From: Hypanus sabinus
Taxonomy: Eukaryota
Direction of reading: 5' to 3'
Assembly (NCBI RefSeq): GCF_030144855.1
Contig: NC_082730.1
Span: 2,604,001 to 2,668,000, forward strand
Length of the DNA stretch: 64,000 bases
The position numbers and the translations under genes were made by a program. Position 1 is the stretch's first letter. Each line of letters begins with the position of its first letter. This document shows positions 23,240-36,928 of the stretch, piece by piece. The notes under the pieces were generated by a model. It saw nothing but the letters and a program-made list of their open reading frames with translations, ran no database searches and had not been told where the DNA came from.

Positions 23240-26200
23240 CGTGTCCCGTGAACCCAGCTGGGCTCTCCTCCTGCCTTTACTGCATCCTTGTCACCAGGAA
23301 CACGTGCGAGGCCCCCTTCCACCCAGAGAACGAGAGTCTTTCTGAAGCGTTTTCACATACACATCGTCTACTGGTTTAAAGGGATGAATATTCTCTTCCC
23401 GGGTTGAGGTAATACAACTGCCACTCAGCCCTGAATCAATCTTATGGCTTCACCTGAAAATAACAATGTCAATAGTTTTCTCATCGGTCCCCACCGGAGG
23501 GGTGTGGGTACTTGTTAAGGGAGGTCCGGATCTGGCCGGCATTGGACTTCCCCTTAATTCTTTGAATGAGGTTAATTTCATTGTCTGATTTACTTGACCT
23601 CGCGTTAGGGAAGATGATACTCCTCAATGAAATCTAACGCTTGGTCCAATTCTTTGATTAGTTTACCTGCGAAATGAGTTCCTCGGTCACTATTAAATTG
23701 GCATGGTACCTCACATCTGGGAACAAACTCCTTCGTCAACATCTTAACCTCCGTTCGAGTATCATCCTTTGTGGTGTGAAAGGCCTCCACCCACTCGGAG
23801 AACGTATCCATTGTTACTAACAGGTATGTATTCCCCCACTGGCAGGCATGTGCACTATCTGCAGATAGACAAATGGTGCCTCCACGTGTAGCAAGTGATC
23901 AAATTTAGCAGGTGAATTTCCTCTATTCTTTGGTTGGCAGATTTCACTGCGTCGCCCAAACTGTCCCGCATTTATTGCCAGCCCTGGTGCAAACCACTAT
24001 TGTTGTACCTGATGTATAATTCCTCCCCCTCCCCTTTCTACGTGACCTTTCCCTTGCACTGACCAAACAAGAGCATGCAGGAGATTTCTGAGGCACACCG
24101 GGTGATTGTCCGTATGTCTCCATACCCCTTCAGAGTCCCTGAAGCATTGCTTGTCCCTCCATCCCGACCTCCTTCTTTGGGCCCCATCTTAGGCAGCAAT
24201 CAAATGCTGCAAAGTAGGAGCAGGAGATGTTGAACTGCATTGCACTTGCATGAGAACCCGCATCGCTTTTTCATCAGAGGCGGCCGTTTTAGCCGTGTAT
24301 CGGCGTCCTCGTTACCTTGTGCTCTAGGGTCTGGAGTATTAGTGTGAGGTTCACACTTAATGACAGCGAGTTGTTTTCGTAACTGCACTGCTTCCAATAA
24401 ATTCTCAATGAAGTGCGGGTGTTGTCTCGGCTTCCCCGATGATGTCATAACCCTCTGAGTTGCCTGAGTGACTCAAAGTCATGCACGACCACAAAAATAT
24501 ATCTCGGGTCCACATGAATATTTACCGTGTATCCCTCTGCCGGAATACGGAGCAAAGAGTTCAGCGCCTGAGCGGACGTTCCCTGGGAAGGGCTCCTGCC
24601 TCTAACGCCTCAAAACGAGTCACTCTTACATAGCCTGCCAGTACTGTGTGGTCATTCCAAGACGGGCCATCCGCAGAGAGTATCAAGACCAGGTTGTCGA
24701 GGAGCACTGTAAATATAACCATGCAACAATTACAGAACGGAAACAGGCCATCTCGGCCCTACTAGTCCACGCCGAACGCTTACTCTCACCTAGTCCCACA
24801 TACCTTCATTCAGCCCATATCCTTCCATTCCTTTCCTGTCCATATAGCTATCCAATTTTTTTTTTAAATGACAAAATCGAACCTGCCTCTACCACTTCTA
24901 CTGGAAACTTATTCCACACAGCTACCACTCTCTGAGTAAAGAAGTTCCCCCTCGTGTTACCCCCTAAACTTTTGCCCCTTAACTCTCAACTCATGTCCTC
25001 TTGTTTGAATCTCCCCTACTCTCAATGGAAAAGCCTATCCACGTCCACTCGATCTATCCCTCTCATAATTTTAAATACCTCTATCAAGTCCCCCCTCAAC
25101 CTTCGACCCTCCAAAGAATAAAGACCTAACTTGTTCAACCTTTCTCTGTTGGGTAGGGGTGACATGACAGTTTCGACCACTTTTACACAGTCGTGAGATT
25201 CGGAGGATTCTGCCACAGGGACCAGTGTTGCCGGGTTGAGGGCCGGTGCTCTTTTTGAAGGTTAAATTTGATTTGCTGAGCAGCTTGCCTCCATACCCCG
25301 TTCGCCGGGCTGTGGTAAGGAGCTGTGCAGCTGCCGAGTTGAGAGTCAGCACAGAACAAGCGTGGTCTGGTACTAATGGTGCGGTCTATTCAACCATCAC
25401 TGTTGTAGCTGACACTGCCCTCAGACCCCTGGCATTCCTCTGACCACTGGAGGAAGTAGTGTGGAATAGTCTGCCTCACACTGGCAAAAAGCCCTCCTCT
25501 TCGTTCCCCAACAGTTGGAATAGTTTACTGCAGTCTGGCAGTCCCAGGGCAGGAGTCTATATCAGGGCACCCTTCAATGCTTCATAAGCTCGCTCCATCT
25601 CCTCTGTCCACGATATAGTGTCGGGTCTGCTTGAGGTATGGCGATTCGCAGGGCAGCGTCATAGAGCCGATGCTCAGGGACCCAATGTCTGCGATAGTTC
25701 GTTATGTCCGAAAAGGCCACCATCTGCTTCTTGCTAGCCGGCCTGGGAGCCCGTATTCGAGCTGTTCTGCGCTCCAGCCCGCGCCGGTGCGCCTTGGTGT
25801 AGCACACACCCCAGGTATGTCACTGTGGATTGGCAGAGCAGCAACTTTGATCGGGATGCTCTGTGGCCTCGAGCTGCTCGGTGATTTAATAAAGTCAGAG
25901 TCGGTTCTACGATTATTCAATGTTTGTGACCGAACCGCAAATCATCTGCATTTTGTAACATCATGCTACTTAGGGCAGTAATAAATGTGCCGGATGATGA
26001 CGGACAGCAGCTGTCTATGCTGCAGGGTTGTCTGTGTAGCCCTGAGGTAACCTTGTCCACGGGTTCTGTCTTCGCGCAGGGGTGTCGAGAAGAAGGCTGA
26101 ACACAAATCGGCTACGGTGTACCAGCAGCTATAGACGGGAGAGAGGTCAACATCACATCGGTGTCTGGCACTACAAGTGAAATGGGCTGTGTATCTGATC

Positions 26201-26500
26201 TATAGCTCTCAAGTCCTGTACAAACCGCCACTCATCCGGTTTCCTGGCTTGGGAGTGGGTAATAACAGCGTATTGCAGAGGCTTCCTATTAGTCTGAGAT
26301 CCCCTTTATGCAATAAGATTTCAATCAGTCGCTTACTCCCATTCATGGCTTCTGGAGATAAACTGTATTGCCTGATGAGGATAATTGGGCATTACGCCTG
26401 ACGGAGTCCAGATGAGGCTCTGCGGACTTAACGATCCCCACATTATTCTCCTGTTGTGCCCACAACACCGGATCCACTTGACGAATACTGAGGTGCAGAA
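23240..26500 (-). pseudogene. pol: Retroviral pol (RT-RNaseH-IN), decayed
   Basis: Motifs as listed for the ERV; many stops, frameshifts and deletions; CR1 inserted between the tether and RNase H. Confidence 0.85.
24711..25149 (-). mobile_element. CR1 3' fragment inserted in ERV pol
   Basis: RERLNKLGLYSLEGRRLRGDLIEVFKIMRGIDRV plus the family tail; CTGT at both junctions. Confidence 0.85.
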
Positions 26501-26515
26501 GGGGTCTTCATCTGA

Positions 26516-27700
26516 TCATTGATGTCAATAGGGATTAGCCCATCTCTGATGGTGACTTCTTCTCTGTAGGCCGACTCATTCTTGTTTGAGATTAGGTCAA
26601 TCAATGTAGCATCATTGGCAAATTTAATTAGCAGATTAGTGCTGTGAATGGTGACGCAGTCATGGATATACAAGGAGTAAAGGAGGGGACTCAGTACACA
26701 GCCCGGAGGGGCTCCTGTATTGAGAGTCAGAGGGCTGGAATGAGTGAGACCACTCTTACCATCTGCCAGCGATCAGGCAGGAAGTCCAGGATCCAGCAAC
26801 ACAAATCAAGGCCAAGGCCGAGGTCTCTGAGCTTCTTGTCAAGCCTGGATGGAATTATGGTGTTGAATGCTGAAATGCTGAATACAGATGCACTGGGCTG
26901 TCCGCACCACTCTCTGCAGAGTCCTCTGATTGAGGGAGGTACAGTTCCCATACCAGGCAGTGATGCAGCCAGTCAGTATGCTCTCAGTTGCACCCCTGTA
27001 GGAAGTTCTTCAGATCTGGAGGCCCATGCCAAACTTTCTCAACCCCTGAGGTGAAAGAGGTGCTGTTGTGCCTTTTTCACCACACAGCTGGTGTGTACAG
27101 GCCACATGAGGTCTTCTGTGATGTGGATGCTGACGAACTTGAAGCTGTTTACCCTCACAACCCCAGATCCATTGATGTCAATAGGGGTTAGCCCATCTCC
27201 ATCCCTCCTGTAATCCACAACCAGTCCTTTTTTCTTGTGACATTGAGCAAGGGGTTACTTTCTTGACACCACTGTGACAGAGAGGTGACTTCTTCCCTGT
27301 TGGCCAACTTATTATTGTTTGAAATTATGCCAATCAATGTAGAGGCATCGGCAAATTTAATTAGCAGATTGGAGCTGTGAATGGTGACACAGTCATGGAT
27401 ATACAGAGAGTAGAGGACGGGACTCAGTACACAGCCCTGAGGGGCTCCTGTATTGAGAGTCAGAGGGGTGGAATGAGGGAGCCCAATCTTACCACATGCC
27501 AGCAATCTGACAGGAAGTCCAGGATCCAGTGACACAAAGCAGGGTCAAGACCAAGGTCTCTGAGCTTCTTGTCAAGCCTGGATATGGCGTTGAATGCTGA
27601 ACTGTCCAAGAACAGCATTCTCACATAAGTGTCCTTCTTTTCCAGATGTGTAAATACGGTATGTAGAGTAGTGGCTATTGTGTCATCTGTCGATCGATTG
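26516..27700 (-). mobile_element. Rex1/Babar-type RT fragments, partially duplicated in tandem
   Basis: LNTGAPQGCVLSPVLYSLYIHDC...IKFAD occurs twice (26520-26880 and 27190-27600). Confidence 0.75.
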
Positions 27701-27929
27701 TGTCGTAGGTGAATTGGATGAAAGTTTAACTGCCTAAGACAGTCGGGTTGTAGCCAAGGGTCCCAATGGGGGTATCTCTGCCTTCTGAGGGGTCTGGTTC
27801 TCTTCTTTCTTAGGTTTAACCTTTGGTGGCTGATGCTGTCTTGTCATCTCTTCCCATTTATTAAAACACCACATCCCAGTCTGGGATCCCAAATGTCCCA
27901 GTTCAGATCCCCATTTCCAGCTTCTGTTT

Positions 27930-28770
27930 AGACAGACAGATAGACATACTTTATTAATCCCAAAGGAATTTGGGTTTCGTTACAGCCACACCAACCAAGA
28001 ATAGTGAAGAAATATAGCAATATAAAACCATAAATAATTAAATAATAAGTTAATCATACCAAGTGGAAATAAGTCCAGGACCAGCCCATTGGCACAGGGT
28101 GTCTGACACTCCGAGGGAGGAGTTGTAAAGTTTGATGGCCACAGGTAGGAATGACTTCCTGTGATGCTCAGTGTTACATCTCAGTGGAATGAGTCTCTGG
28201 CTGAATGTACTCCTGTGCCTAACCAGTACATTATGGAGTGGATGGGAGTCATTGTCCAAGATGGCATGCAACTTGGAAAGCATCCTCTTTTCAGACACCA
28301 CTATCAGAGAGTCATGTTCCACCCCCACAACATCACTGTCCTTACAAATAAGTTTGTTGATTCTGTTGGTGTCTGCTACCGTCAGCCTGCTGCCCCAGCA
28401 CACAACAGCAAACATGATAAAACTGGCCACCACAGCCTTGTTGAACATCCTCAGCATCGTCCGGCAGTTGTTAAAGGACCTCAGTCTCCTCAGGAATTAG
28501 AGACGGCTCTGACCCTTCTTGTAGACAGCCCCAGTGTTCTTTGACCATTCCAGTTTATTGTCCATTCCTATCCCCAGGTATTTGTAATCCTCCACTATGT
28601 CCACACTGATCCTTTAGATGGAAACAGAGGTCACTGGTGCCTTAGCCCTCCTCAGGTCCACCACCAGCTCCTTTGTCTTTTTCACATTAAGCTGCAGATG
28701 ATTCTGCTCACACCATGTGACAAAGTTTCCCACCATAGCCCTGTACTCAGCCTCATCTCCCTTGCTGATG
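27930..28770 (-). mobile_element. Rex1/Babar-type LINE 3' portion
   Basis: MLRMFNKAVVASFIMFAVVCWG...HPLHNVL...RKSFLPVAIKLYNSS; (AGAC)n tail at 27930. Confidence 0.8.
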
Positions 28771-29039
28771 CATCCAACTATGGCAAATAGTGTTTCCAGG
28801 ATGGAATTGCCTTTAGATCAATAGACCCACCGTACAGCCAATCACCATAACTTCAGCCACAAAAATCATGAGAGGCTGTTACAGAGTCAGAATCAAGTTT
28901 ATTATCACAGGCATGAGTCGTGAAATTCGTTAACTTTGCAGCAGCAGTTCAATGTACTACATAATATAGAAAAATTAATTAATGTATATGTATATTCAAT
29001 ATATTAAAATTGTGCAAAAATAGAAACAGTAAAGAAAAA

Positions 29040-29830
29040 CAGTAATAGAGGCAATGTGTAGTGTGACTACTAACAAGGAGAGGCTGAGAATAGGACAAAA
29101 TTACAGTCAATAGGATGGGTTGCAAAACCTAGGAAGCTCCAGACACTGGGCCTCTGTACCTCCATCTGAAACTGGATGCTCAGCTTTCTAACCAGAAGAC
29201 ACAATCTGTGCAGATTGAAAATAACATCTGTACTTTGCTGACTATCAACACTGGCACATCTCCGGGATGCATGCTTAGTCTGCACCCATGAGGATATGGC
29301 CAGGCAAAGTTCAGCTGCCATCGATAGATTTGCTGATGGTACAACCGTTGTTGACAGAAACTCAGGTGGTGATGAGAGGGCGTACAGGAGCAGCTAGCTG
29401 AGTGGTGTTGCAGTAACTAATTTGCACTCAACATCTGTAAGACCAAAGAACTGATTGTGAACTTTAGGAAAGGTAAAACGAGGAAACAAACACTCCTCGG
29501 TGAGAGATCAGAAGTGAAGGCAGTGAGTAATTTCAAGTTCCTGGGTGCCAATATCTCTGAAGACCTAGCCTGAACTCAGAATATTGACGCAGTTATCATG
29601 AAGGCAAAGTAGCAGCTATATTTCATTTGGAGTTTGAGGAGATTTGTTTTGACACCGAAAAGTGTTGAAAATTTCTACAGCTGTCCTGTGAGAAGCTTTC
29701 TATACATATTATACATTCGTGCATACATTTAATGCAATTCATTTTTTTTCTCCCTATTATCTTGTTCTGCTGCCGCAATGTTAAATAATTTCACAACATA
29801 TGCCGGTGATATTCTGATTATGATCAAGTA
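29040..29830 (+). mobile_element. Decayed Rex1-like RT and 3' fragments
   Basis: LCTSI*NWMLSFL...TINTGTSPGCMLS...RFADGTT...KTKELIVNFRK...FKFLG remnants. Confidence 0.55.
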
Positions 29831-29859
29831 GTACATAAACCGCAACCAGTGAAGGAGCA

Positions 29860-30730
29860 GATAAAATGAGACGTTTAATTTGCAGGCTAGGTTGCTAGTA
29901 AGAAAGACAAATGCAATGTTTGCAATCATTTTGTGAGAACCAGAATATAAAATCAACAAGGTAATGCTGACGCTTTATGGTCAGACCACATTTGCTGGCC
30001 TGTGAGCAGTTTTGGTCCCGTGGTCTAATAAAAGATGCGTTGGCATTTGAGAGGGTCCAGAGGGGGTTCATGAGAATTATCTCGGCAATGAAAAGGTTCT
30101 TCCAGGGTTGAAACTCTCACCACTATGGGGCAATTGATTGTGCAGTTTATTTTCATCACTTCCGTTTCATCTACATTTGGTCTTAGACCCAACATGGTGG
30201 AGTTAGCAGTCAAGAGTGCTGATTTTTCTTGCATCTGTTGGTTCAATCTAGAAAATAGGGCAATGTCCTCTGCAAATTCTCAGTCATAAAGTTGCTGCCT
30301 CAAAGTCCACTGGATTCCATTTCATTTTTCACTTGTTTTCACTTGAGGGGTGATTTGATAGAGGTGTATAAAATTATGATGGGTATAGATAAAGTGAATG
30401 CAAGCAGGCTTTTTCCACTGAGGCCAGGAGAGAAAAAAAGTCAGAATTCATGTGTTAAGGGTGAAGGGGAAAAGTTTAAAGGGAACGTTGGGGGGGGGGC
30501 TTCTTTATGCAGAGAGTGGTGGGAGTGTGGAATGAGCTGCCAGATGAAGTGGTGAATGCAGGCTTACTTTTGACATTTAAGAAAAATCTGGACAGGTATA
30601 TGGATGAGAGGAGTTTGGAGGGATCTGGCCCAGGTGCAGGTCAGTGGGACTAGACAGAAAAATGGTTTGGCACAGCCAAGAAGGGCCAAAAGGCCTGTTT
30701 CCGTGCAGTAATGTTTTGTGGTTCTATGGT
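29860..30730 (+). mobile_element. CR1 3' fragments
   Basis: LRGDLIEVYKIMMGIDKVNASRLFPL...RVVGVWNELPDEVV-like segment and CR1 3' UTR. Confidence 0.6.
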
Positions 30731-30960
30731 TGTCTGTTTCATTATCCTCTCTGTTGCCAATAGGAAGAGGAAAGGAGCCAAACATCCCAGCTGCACGCCA
30801 GTGTTGACATTGAAGCTTTCTTCCAGTTTTCCCACTTGTACGAGTTTGCATGACATGTTGTTGTTGGAGTTCCTAAATATATTGAAAAACTTCTGCGGTA
30901 TTCCATAATGTTTCATAAGTTTCCATATGGTGATTCTGTCTGCTATCAAAGGCTTTATTG
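30730..30960 (-). mobile_element. RTE-clade LINE RT fragment
   Basis: IWKLMKHYGIPQKFFNIFR...FNVNTGVQLGCLAPFLFLLA. Confidence 0.7.
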
Positions 30961-31339
30961 TAGTGATGAAATTTGATGTAGAGAGAAGTATTCCATTGTT
31001 CTCAAAGGTTGACGCTCACCTTTCTTTGGAAGTTTAATTCAGTAAACACACAGGGGAGAGATGTGGAGGCTGAAATTAGATGATGGGAACATGCCAGGTC
31101 CACCCTCTAGAGGGCGACGGAGATGGGAGTTCATTGGTAGCCTATGCTTCCCTGGGAGCTAAGGGCCCAAGAAGATGAAGGAGTTGATAATTGATTGCTC
31201 TGGGCCTGTACATTTAGAGAATGACGGGGGTTTGTGTGGTGCAATCTCATTGAAATGTATTGAAAGATGCTGCAGATGGTTCTAAATTTAGTCAGCTCCA
31301 TCTTGGGTTCTAGCTGACAAAATAACCAGGTATTCTTCA

Positions 31340-31613
31340 AGGAGCAGTGTTTCAGAAAGGCAGCATCCATCATTAAGGACCTCCAGCACCCAAGGTATGC
31401 TCTATTTTCACTGTTACCATCAGGTAGGAGATACAGAAGCCTGAAGGCATGGACTTAGTGATTCAGCAACAGCTCTTCCTCTCTGCCATCCGAATCCTAA
31501 ATGGACATTGAACCGTCAGACTCTACCTCACTTTTTAAATATACATTATTTCTGTTTTTGCACTATTTTAATCAATTCAATATACGTATACTGTAAATTG
31601 ATGTAATTCCTTA
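31340..31613 (+). mobile_element. Rex1-like LINE 3' end, split by the Gypsy insertion (continues at 41602-41680)
   Basis: AASIIKDLQHPRYALFSLLPSGRRYRSLK; the rest of the 3' UTR with AATAAA and (CTGATT)n tail lies right after the second gap. Confidence 0.6.
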
Positions 31614-32177
31614 TGTAATGCGCTGTGAGGTTTCACTGCTAAAGTAATGGCTTCTTTGTAATGTTCACTGCTGAAGTAGCGGTTTCTCAGTAGCAGGCAA
31701 TATTTGGGCTATGACTAGAGATAACATGATGCATGTTAGCCAATAGAGATTGTTGCTGTGTCTTGTGAGAGTGGAAAGATTTGTTTTGCGGTCTTTTGTC
31801 GAGGAGAGATGAAGAGGGAAGACGTGTGTGGAGAGATCTGGTAGACCACCAGACGGTGTGGACTGGGATCTGAGGGTCCGAAGGTCGGCGACACACAGAG
31901 GAGACCGATGGTGGAAGAAGGACTACTGAGTGAGCTCCAACGTGACTTTGACTTGTCTTGGGCCCTTTTTTATTTTCATTACTAACCCTATATTCATATT
32001 AAGATTCATAATGCTAAATCATTTAATTGCATATGGTGTATTGTCTGATATTTTGCGTTGTGGGTTTGTAAATGGGGGTGCATTACACAGCATCACACAA
32101 ATATGATTACCCAGTTTGGCAGGGCTGAAGGCTGTTTCCCCTAGACAAACATGAGCTGGGTGAGCCTGAGGGTTACA
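31614..32177 (+). repeat. 5' LTR of the PNMA-gag Gypsy element
   Basis: TGTAA...TTACA termini, 564 bp; matches 40942-41469. Confidence 0.9.
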
Positions 32178-33777
32178 ACAGTGGGGGCTACGTCCTGGAT
32201 TGATTCCATTGGATACTGTGTGATTGCCCTGTTTAAATCTGTGCTGGTATGGATGCTGCTGGGGTACAGTAGTGGTGTGCCTCTTTGGGGTTGCTGGTAA
32301 TTAATGCATCCGTACTGAGTGGGGTGAATATTCATATCCCGGATTAACTGTTAATTTGATTTTTGAGTATGGTTAAAGTTGCTGGAAAAGTTGAAATCGT
32401 TGCGTGAAGATTTGATAAAATAGCGGGCTCAGAGCTTGCTTTAGTTCAGACTGGCACTGACGATGGCGGGACTGCCAGCGTCTATCGGTGACCCAGCTGA
32501 GGCGGGGCCGTGGCCCGTCCATTCTGTCAGGGAGGAAGAGAAGGGAGCCCAGCAGGCTGGGTCACAAGCTGAGTTACCCACAGTTGGGGGCGGAGATTTC
32601 AGAGACAGGGTTCTATCGTTTCTGAGGAGTGGTCAGATTAGGAAAGTTTAATTAGTCCCCGTCCCCCGGTGAAGAGTGAGGGTTTTGAGTTGGCATCAGC
32701 CCTCACCTCCCTGGTGAATAAGTGGCGCAGTGGACAGGCAGGGGGTCCCCGCCGGAAGATAAGAATTTTCTCTGGAATAACGCCCTCACCCGAGGGAGAA
32801 GAGGAGTATGAGATGAGGGTGGAGCAGAGCTCTCAGTTGTGAGGTGAGTGGCGGTGCTCTGATGACGAAAAATGACAGAGATTAATTGAAAGTTTGAAGG
32901 GGTTGGCAGCTGATGTCGTAAGAGCAGTGACAGTTAACCAACCCTCTGCTCCCCTTGCTAAGTATCCAGACACATTAGAGAGCACATTTGGTACAACAGG
33001 AAACCCCCTGTAGCTCATAGGGGAATTTCAAACATGCGTCAGGAGAGGGGGAGAAGCTTTCAGTGTATCTTTTTCGGCTAGAGAGACAGCTAATTTGTTT
33101 GTGGCACTGAGGGGAGGGGGTTCATTCAGGCGGCTGAGGTGGGTAAGTTAAGGATGGACAGATAGCCAAGAGCGCCCAGCCCTAGGACATGATCGCTTGG
33201 GGTCTCCGGCAGTCCCGTAAAACGCGTCCCCTCCCTCATTCGTTCAGCTGATCAGAGAGGTGTGGGAGGAGGAGAACTCGTTAGGGCCACAAGAGGACTC
33301 CATCAGCAGGGTGCAGTCCTCCGTAGTAGCCCCTTGTGGTGAAGTGACTGGGGCCCCCCGAACCAGGGAACTGGTAAAGGAGGCGGTGGCAGAGGTGAGA
33401 ACTGAGATATCCCTGGAGTTAACAGTGGGTGTGTTCCTTCCATATGATAGGACCGGTAGAGGGGGCCATCCCTAAGGTGGCTGGGGTTCCTGCAAGAAGA
33501 TAAAGAGCCAGTAGCATCTTCTATACCTGTGGGGAAGAGGAACGCTTCCAACAGGGATGTGAGCGGTAGGAAGCCCCTCGAAGAGCGAGCCCCTGAGTAT
33601 CCAAGTGGGGAGAGGTGTCGGGAAACATGGAGGAGACCCAGTGAGGGAATGACCTGGTGTCTCTGGGGGAACACGTTCCCAGCAATGTATCAAGGAATTC
33701 CCAAAAGCGAAAGACCCTATTCCTGAAGACTTACTGGGACCCGTCTCCAGTGTGTCGCTACAGATAGAGGGAATATA

Positions 33778-36700
33778 TAACCATATAACAATTACAGCAC
33801 GGAAACAGGCCATCTCAGCCCTTCTAGTCCGTGACGAATGCTTACTCTCACCTAATCCCACCAACCTGCACTCAGCCCATAACCCTTCATTCCTTTCCTG
33901 TCCATATACCTATCCAATTTTTTTTTAATGACAATACCGAACTGCCTCTACCACTTCTACTGGAAGATCATCCCACACAGCTACCACTCTCTGAGTAAAG
34001 AAGTTCCCTACTTTTGCCCCCTAACTTTCAACTCATGACCTCTTGTTTGAATCTCCCCTAATCTCAATGGCAAAAGCCTTTCTACGTCAACTCTGTCTAT
34101 CCCCCTCATAATTTTTGATACCTCTATCAAGTCCACTCTAAACTTTCTATGCCTCAAAGAGTAAAGACCTAACTTGCTCAACCTTTCTCTGTAACTTGGG
34201 TGCTGAAGCCCAGATAACATTCTAGCAAATCTTCTCTGTACTGTCTCTATTTTGTTGACATCTTTCCTATTTTTCTGTGACCAGAACTGTGCACAATACT
34301 CCAAATTTGGCCTCACCAGTGCCTTGTACAATTTTAACATTACATCCCAATTCCTGTGCTGAATGCTCTGATTTATAAAGGCCAGCATACAAAAAGCTTT
34401 CTTCACCACCCTATCCACATGAGATTCCACCTTCAGGGAAATATGCACCATTATTCCTCGATCACTCATGTTGTACTGCATTCTAAACTCCATCTGCCAT
34501 CTTTCAGCCCACTCTTCTAACTGGCCTAAATCTCTCTGCAAGCTTTGAAAACTTATTTCATTAACCACAACACCACCTATCTTAGTATCATCTGCATACT
34601 TACTAATCCAATTTATCACCCCATCATCCAGATCCTTAATGTAAATGACAAACAACTTTGGACCCAGTACAGATCCCTGAGGCACACCACTAGTCACCGG
34701 CCTCCAACCTGACAAGCAGTTATCCACCACTACTCTCTGCCATCTTCCATCCAGCCACTGTTGAATCTATTTTACTACTTCAATATTAATACCTAACGTT
34801 TGAACCTTCCTAACTAAACTTCCGTGTGGAACCTTGTCAAAGGCCTTTCTGAAGTCCATATAGACAACATCCACTGCTTTACCCTCTTCAACTTTCCTAG
34901 TAACCTCTTCAAAAAATCCAAAAAGACTTGACAAACACGACGTTACACGCACAAATCCATGTTGACCATTCCTATTCAGACCCTGTCTATCCAGATAATT
35001 ATATATACCATCTCTAAGAATACTTTCCATTAATTTACCCACCACTGACGTCAAACTTACAGGCTGATAATTGCTAGGTTTTCTCTTAGAGCCCTTTTTA
35101 AACAATGGAATCACACAAGCAATGCACCAATTCTCCGGCACTATCCCCATTTCTAATGACATTTGAAATATTTCTGTCAGAGCCGCTGCTATTTCTACAC
35201 TAACTTCCCTCAAGGTCCTAGGGAATATCCTGTCAGGATCCAGAGACTTATCCACTTTTACATTCTTTAAAAGCCCCAGTACTTCCTCTTCTTTAATCAT
35301 CATAGTTTCCATAACTACCCTACTTGTTTCCCTTTGCTTACGCAATTCAATATCCTTCTCCTTAGTGAATACTGAAGAAAATAAATTGTTCAAAATCTCC
35401 ACCATCTCTTTTGGCTCCACACATAGCTGTCCACTTTGATTCTCTAAGGGACCAATTTTATCCCTCACTATCCTTTTGCTATTAATATAACTGTAGAAAC
35501 CCTTTGGATTTATTTTCACCTTACTTGCCAAAGCAACGTCATATCTTCTTGATGAAGGGTCTCCGCCCGAAATGTCGACGTGCTTCTCCCTAGAGATGCT
35601 GCCTGGCCTGCTGTGTTCCAACAGCATTTTGTGTGTGTTGTTGTTTGAATTTCCAGCATCTGCAGATTTCCTCGTGTTTACTCATTTCTTGTTTTAGCTT
35701 TTGTAATTTCTTTCTTAAAGTTCTGTTTACATTCTTTATATTCCTCGAGCACCTCATTTACTCCATGCTGCCTATACCTATTGTAGATCTCTCTCTTTTT
35801 CTGAACCAAGTTTCCAAAATCTCTTGAAAACCATGACTGTCTCAAACTTTTAACTTTTCCTTACAACCTAACAGGAACATAAAGATTCTGTACCCTCAAA
35901 ATTTCACCTTTAAATGACCTCCATTTCTCTATTACATCCTTCTCATAAAACAAATTGTTCCAATCCACTCTTTCTAAATCCTTTCACATCTCTTCAAAGT
36001 TAGCCTTTCTCCAATCAAAAATCTCAACCCTGTGTTCAGACCTATCCTTTTCCATAATTATATTGAAACTAATGGCATTGTGATCACTGGACCCGAAGTG
36101 CTCCCCAACACATACCTCTATCACCTGACATCTCATTCCCTAACAGGAGATCCAACACTGCCCCTTCTCTAGTTGGTACCTCTCCATATTGCTGCAAAAA
36201 AACTATCCTGCACACATTTTACAAACTACAAACCATCCAGCCCTTTTACAGAATGGGCTTCCCAGTCTATGTGTGGAAAATTAAAATCTCCCACAATCAC
36301 AACCCTATGCTGACTGTAAATATCATCTATTTCCTTACAAATTTGCTCCTCCAATTCTCACTCCCCATTAGATGGTCTATAATACACCCCTATAAGTGTT
36401 ACTGCACCTTTCCCATTCCTCAATTCCACCCAAATAGCCTCCCTAGACGAGCTCTACAATCTATCCTGCAAAGCACCGCTGTAATATTTTCCCTGACAAG
36501 CAACGCAACACCTCCCCCTCTTTCCCCTCTGATTGTATCACACTTGAAGCAACGAAATCCAGGAATACTTAGTTGCCAATCACACCCCTCCTGCAAACCT
36601 GTTTCACTATTAGCTACAACATCATATTTCCAGGTATCAATCCATGCTTTAAGCTCATCCACCTTTCTTACAATGCTCCTAGCATTAAAATAAATGCATT

Positions 36701-36928
36701 TAAGAAATTCTCCACCTCTTACTCTCTGTTTATCCCTAACAGTGCAAACAATTTTATTATCTTCTTTTTCTTCATTCTCCCCTACATCTTCTGTCTGAGT
36801 GCTCCCCTTCTCTATCTCCTACCTATCCTCCCTCATACACTGTCTACAAGCTTTCTCTATTTGTCAACTAACCTCCTCTCTCCTAGTCTCTTCAATTTGA
36901 TTCCCAACCCCAACCATTCTAGTTTAAA
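33778..36928 (-). mobile_element. CR1 LINE inserted in the Gypsy protease region
   Basis: APE (YDVVANSETGL, GGGVALLV) and RT (VYMDFRKAFDKVPH, GVPQGSVLGP, KYADD); Gypsy frame reads SLQIEGIY on the left and TKTILNNRSQVT on the right. Confidence 0.9.
35551..35681 (+). mobile_element. Penelope-derived 3' fragment starting at a hammerhead core, inserted in CR1
   Basis: (TT)GATGAAGGGTCTCCGCCCGAAATGTCGAC...CTCGTGTTT; imperfect 12 bp TSD TCATATCTTCTT / TCATTTCTTGTT. Confidence 0.75.

Larger units (their letters stand above)
21064..26515 (-). mobile_element. Class I (epsilon/gamma-like) endogenous retrovirus, 5'-truncated: pol-env-3' LTR
   Basis: RT (RQYSLSPEA, WRFVQDLRAI, DLCSAFFS, WTRLPQGY), RNase H (DGPS, LLEAVQL..LAVIKC..HT..GNEDAD), integrase (DTFSEWVEAF, SDRGTHF, AVKAGGEPSWVH), env, PPT and LTR. 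Gag, protease and 5' LTR were not recognised. Confidence 0.9.

Noticed and set aside
27700-27925. Possible ERV gag or protease remnant beyond the Rex1 insertion
   Set aside because: No recognisable gag, zinc-knuckle or protease motif in the minus-strand frames I read.
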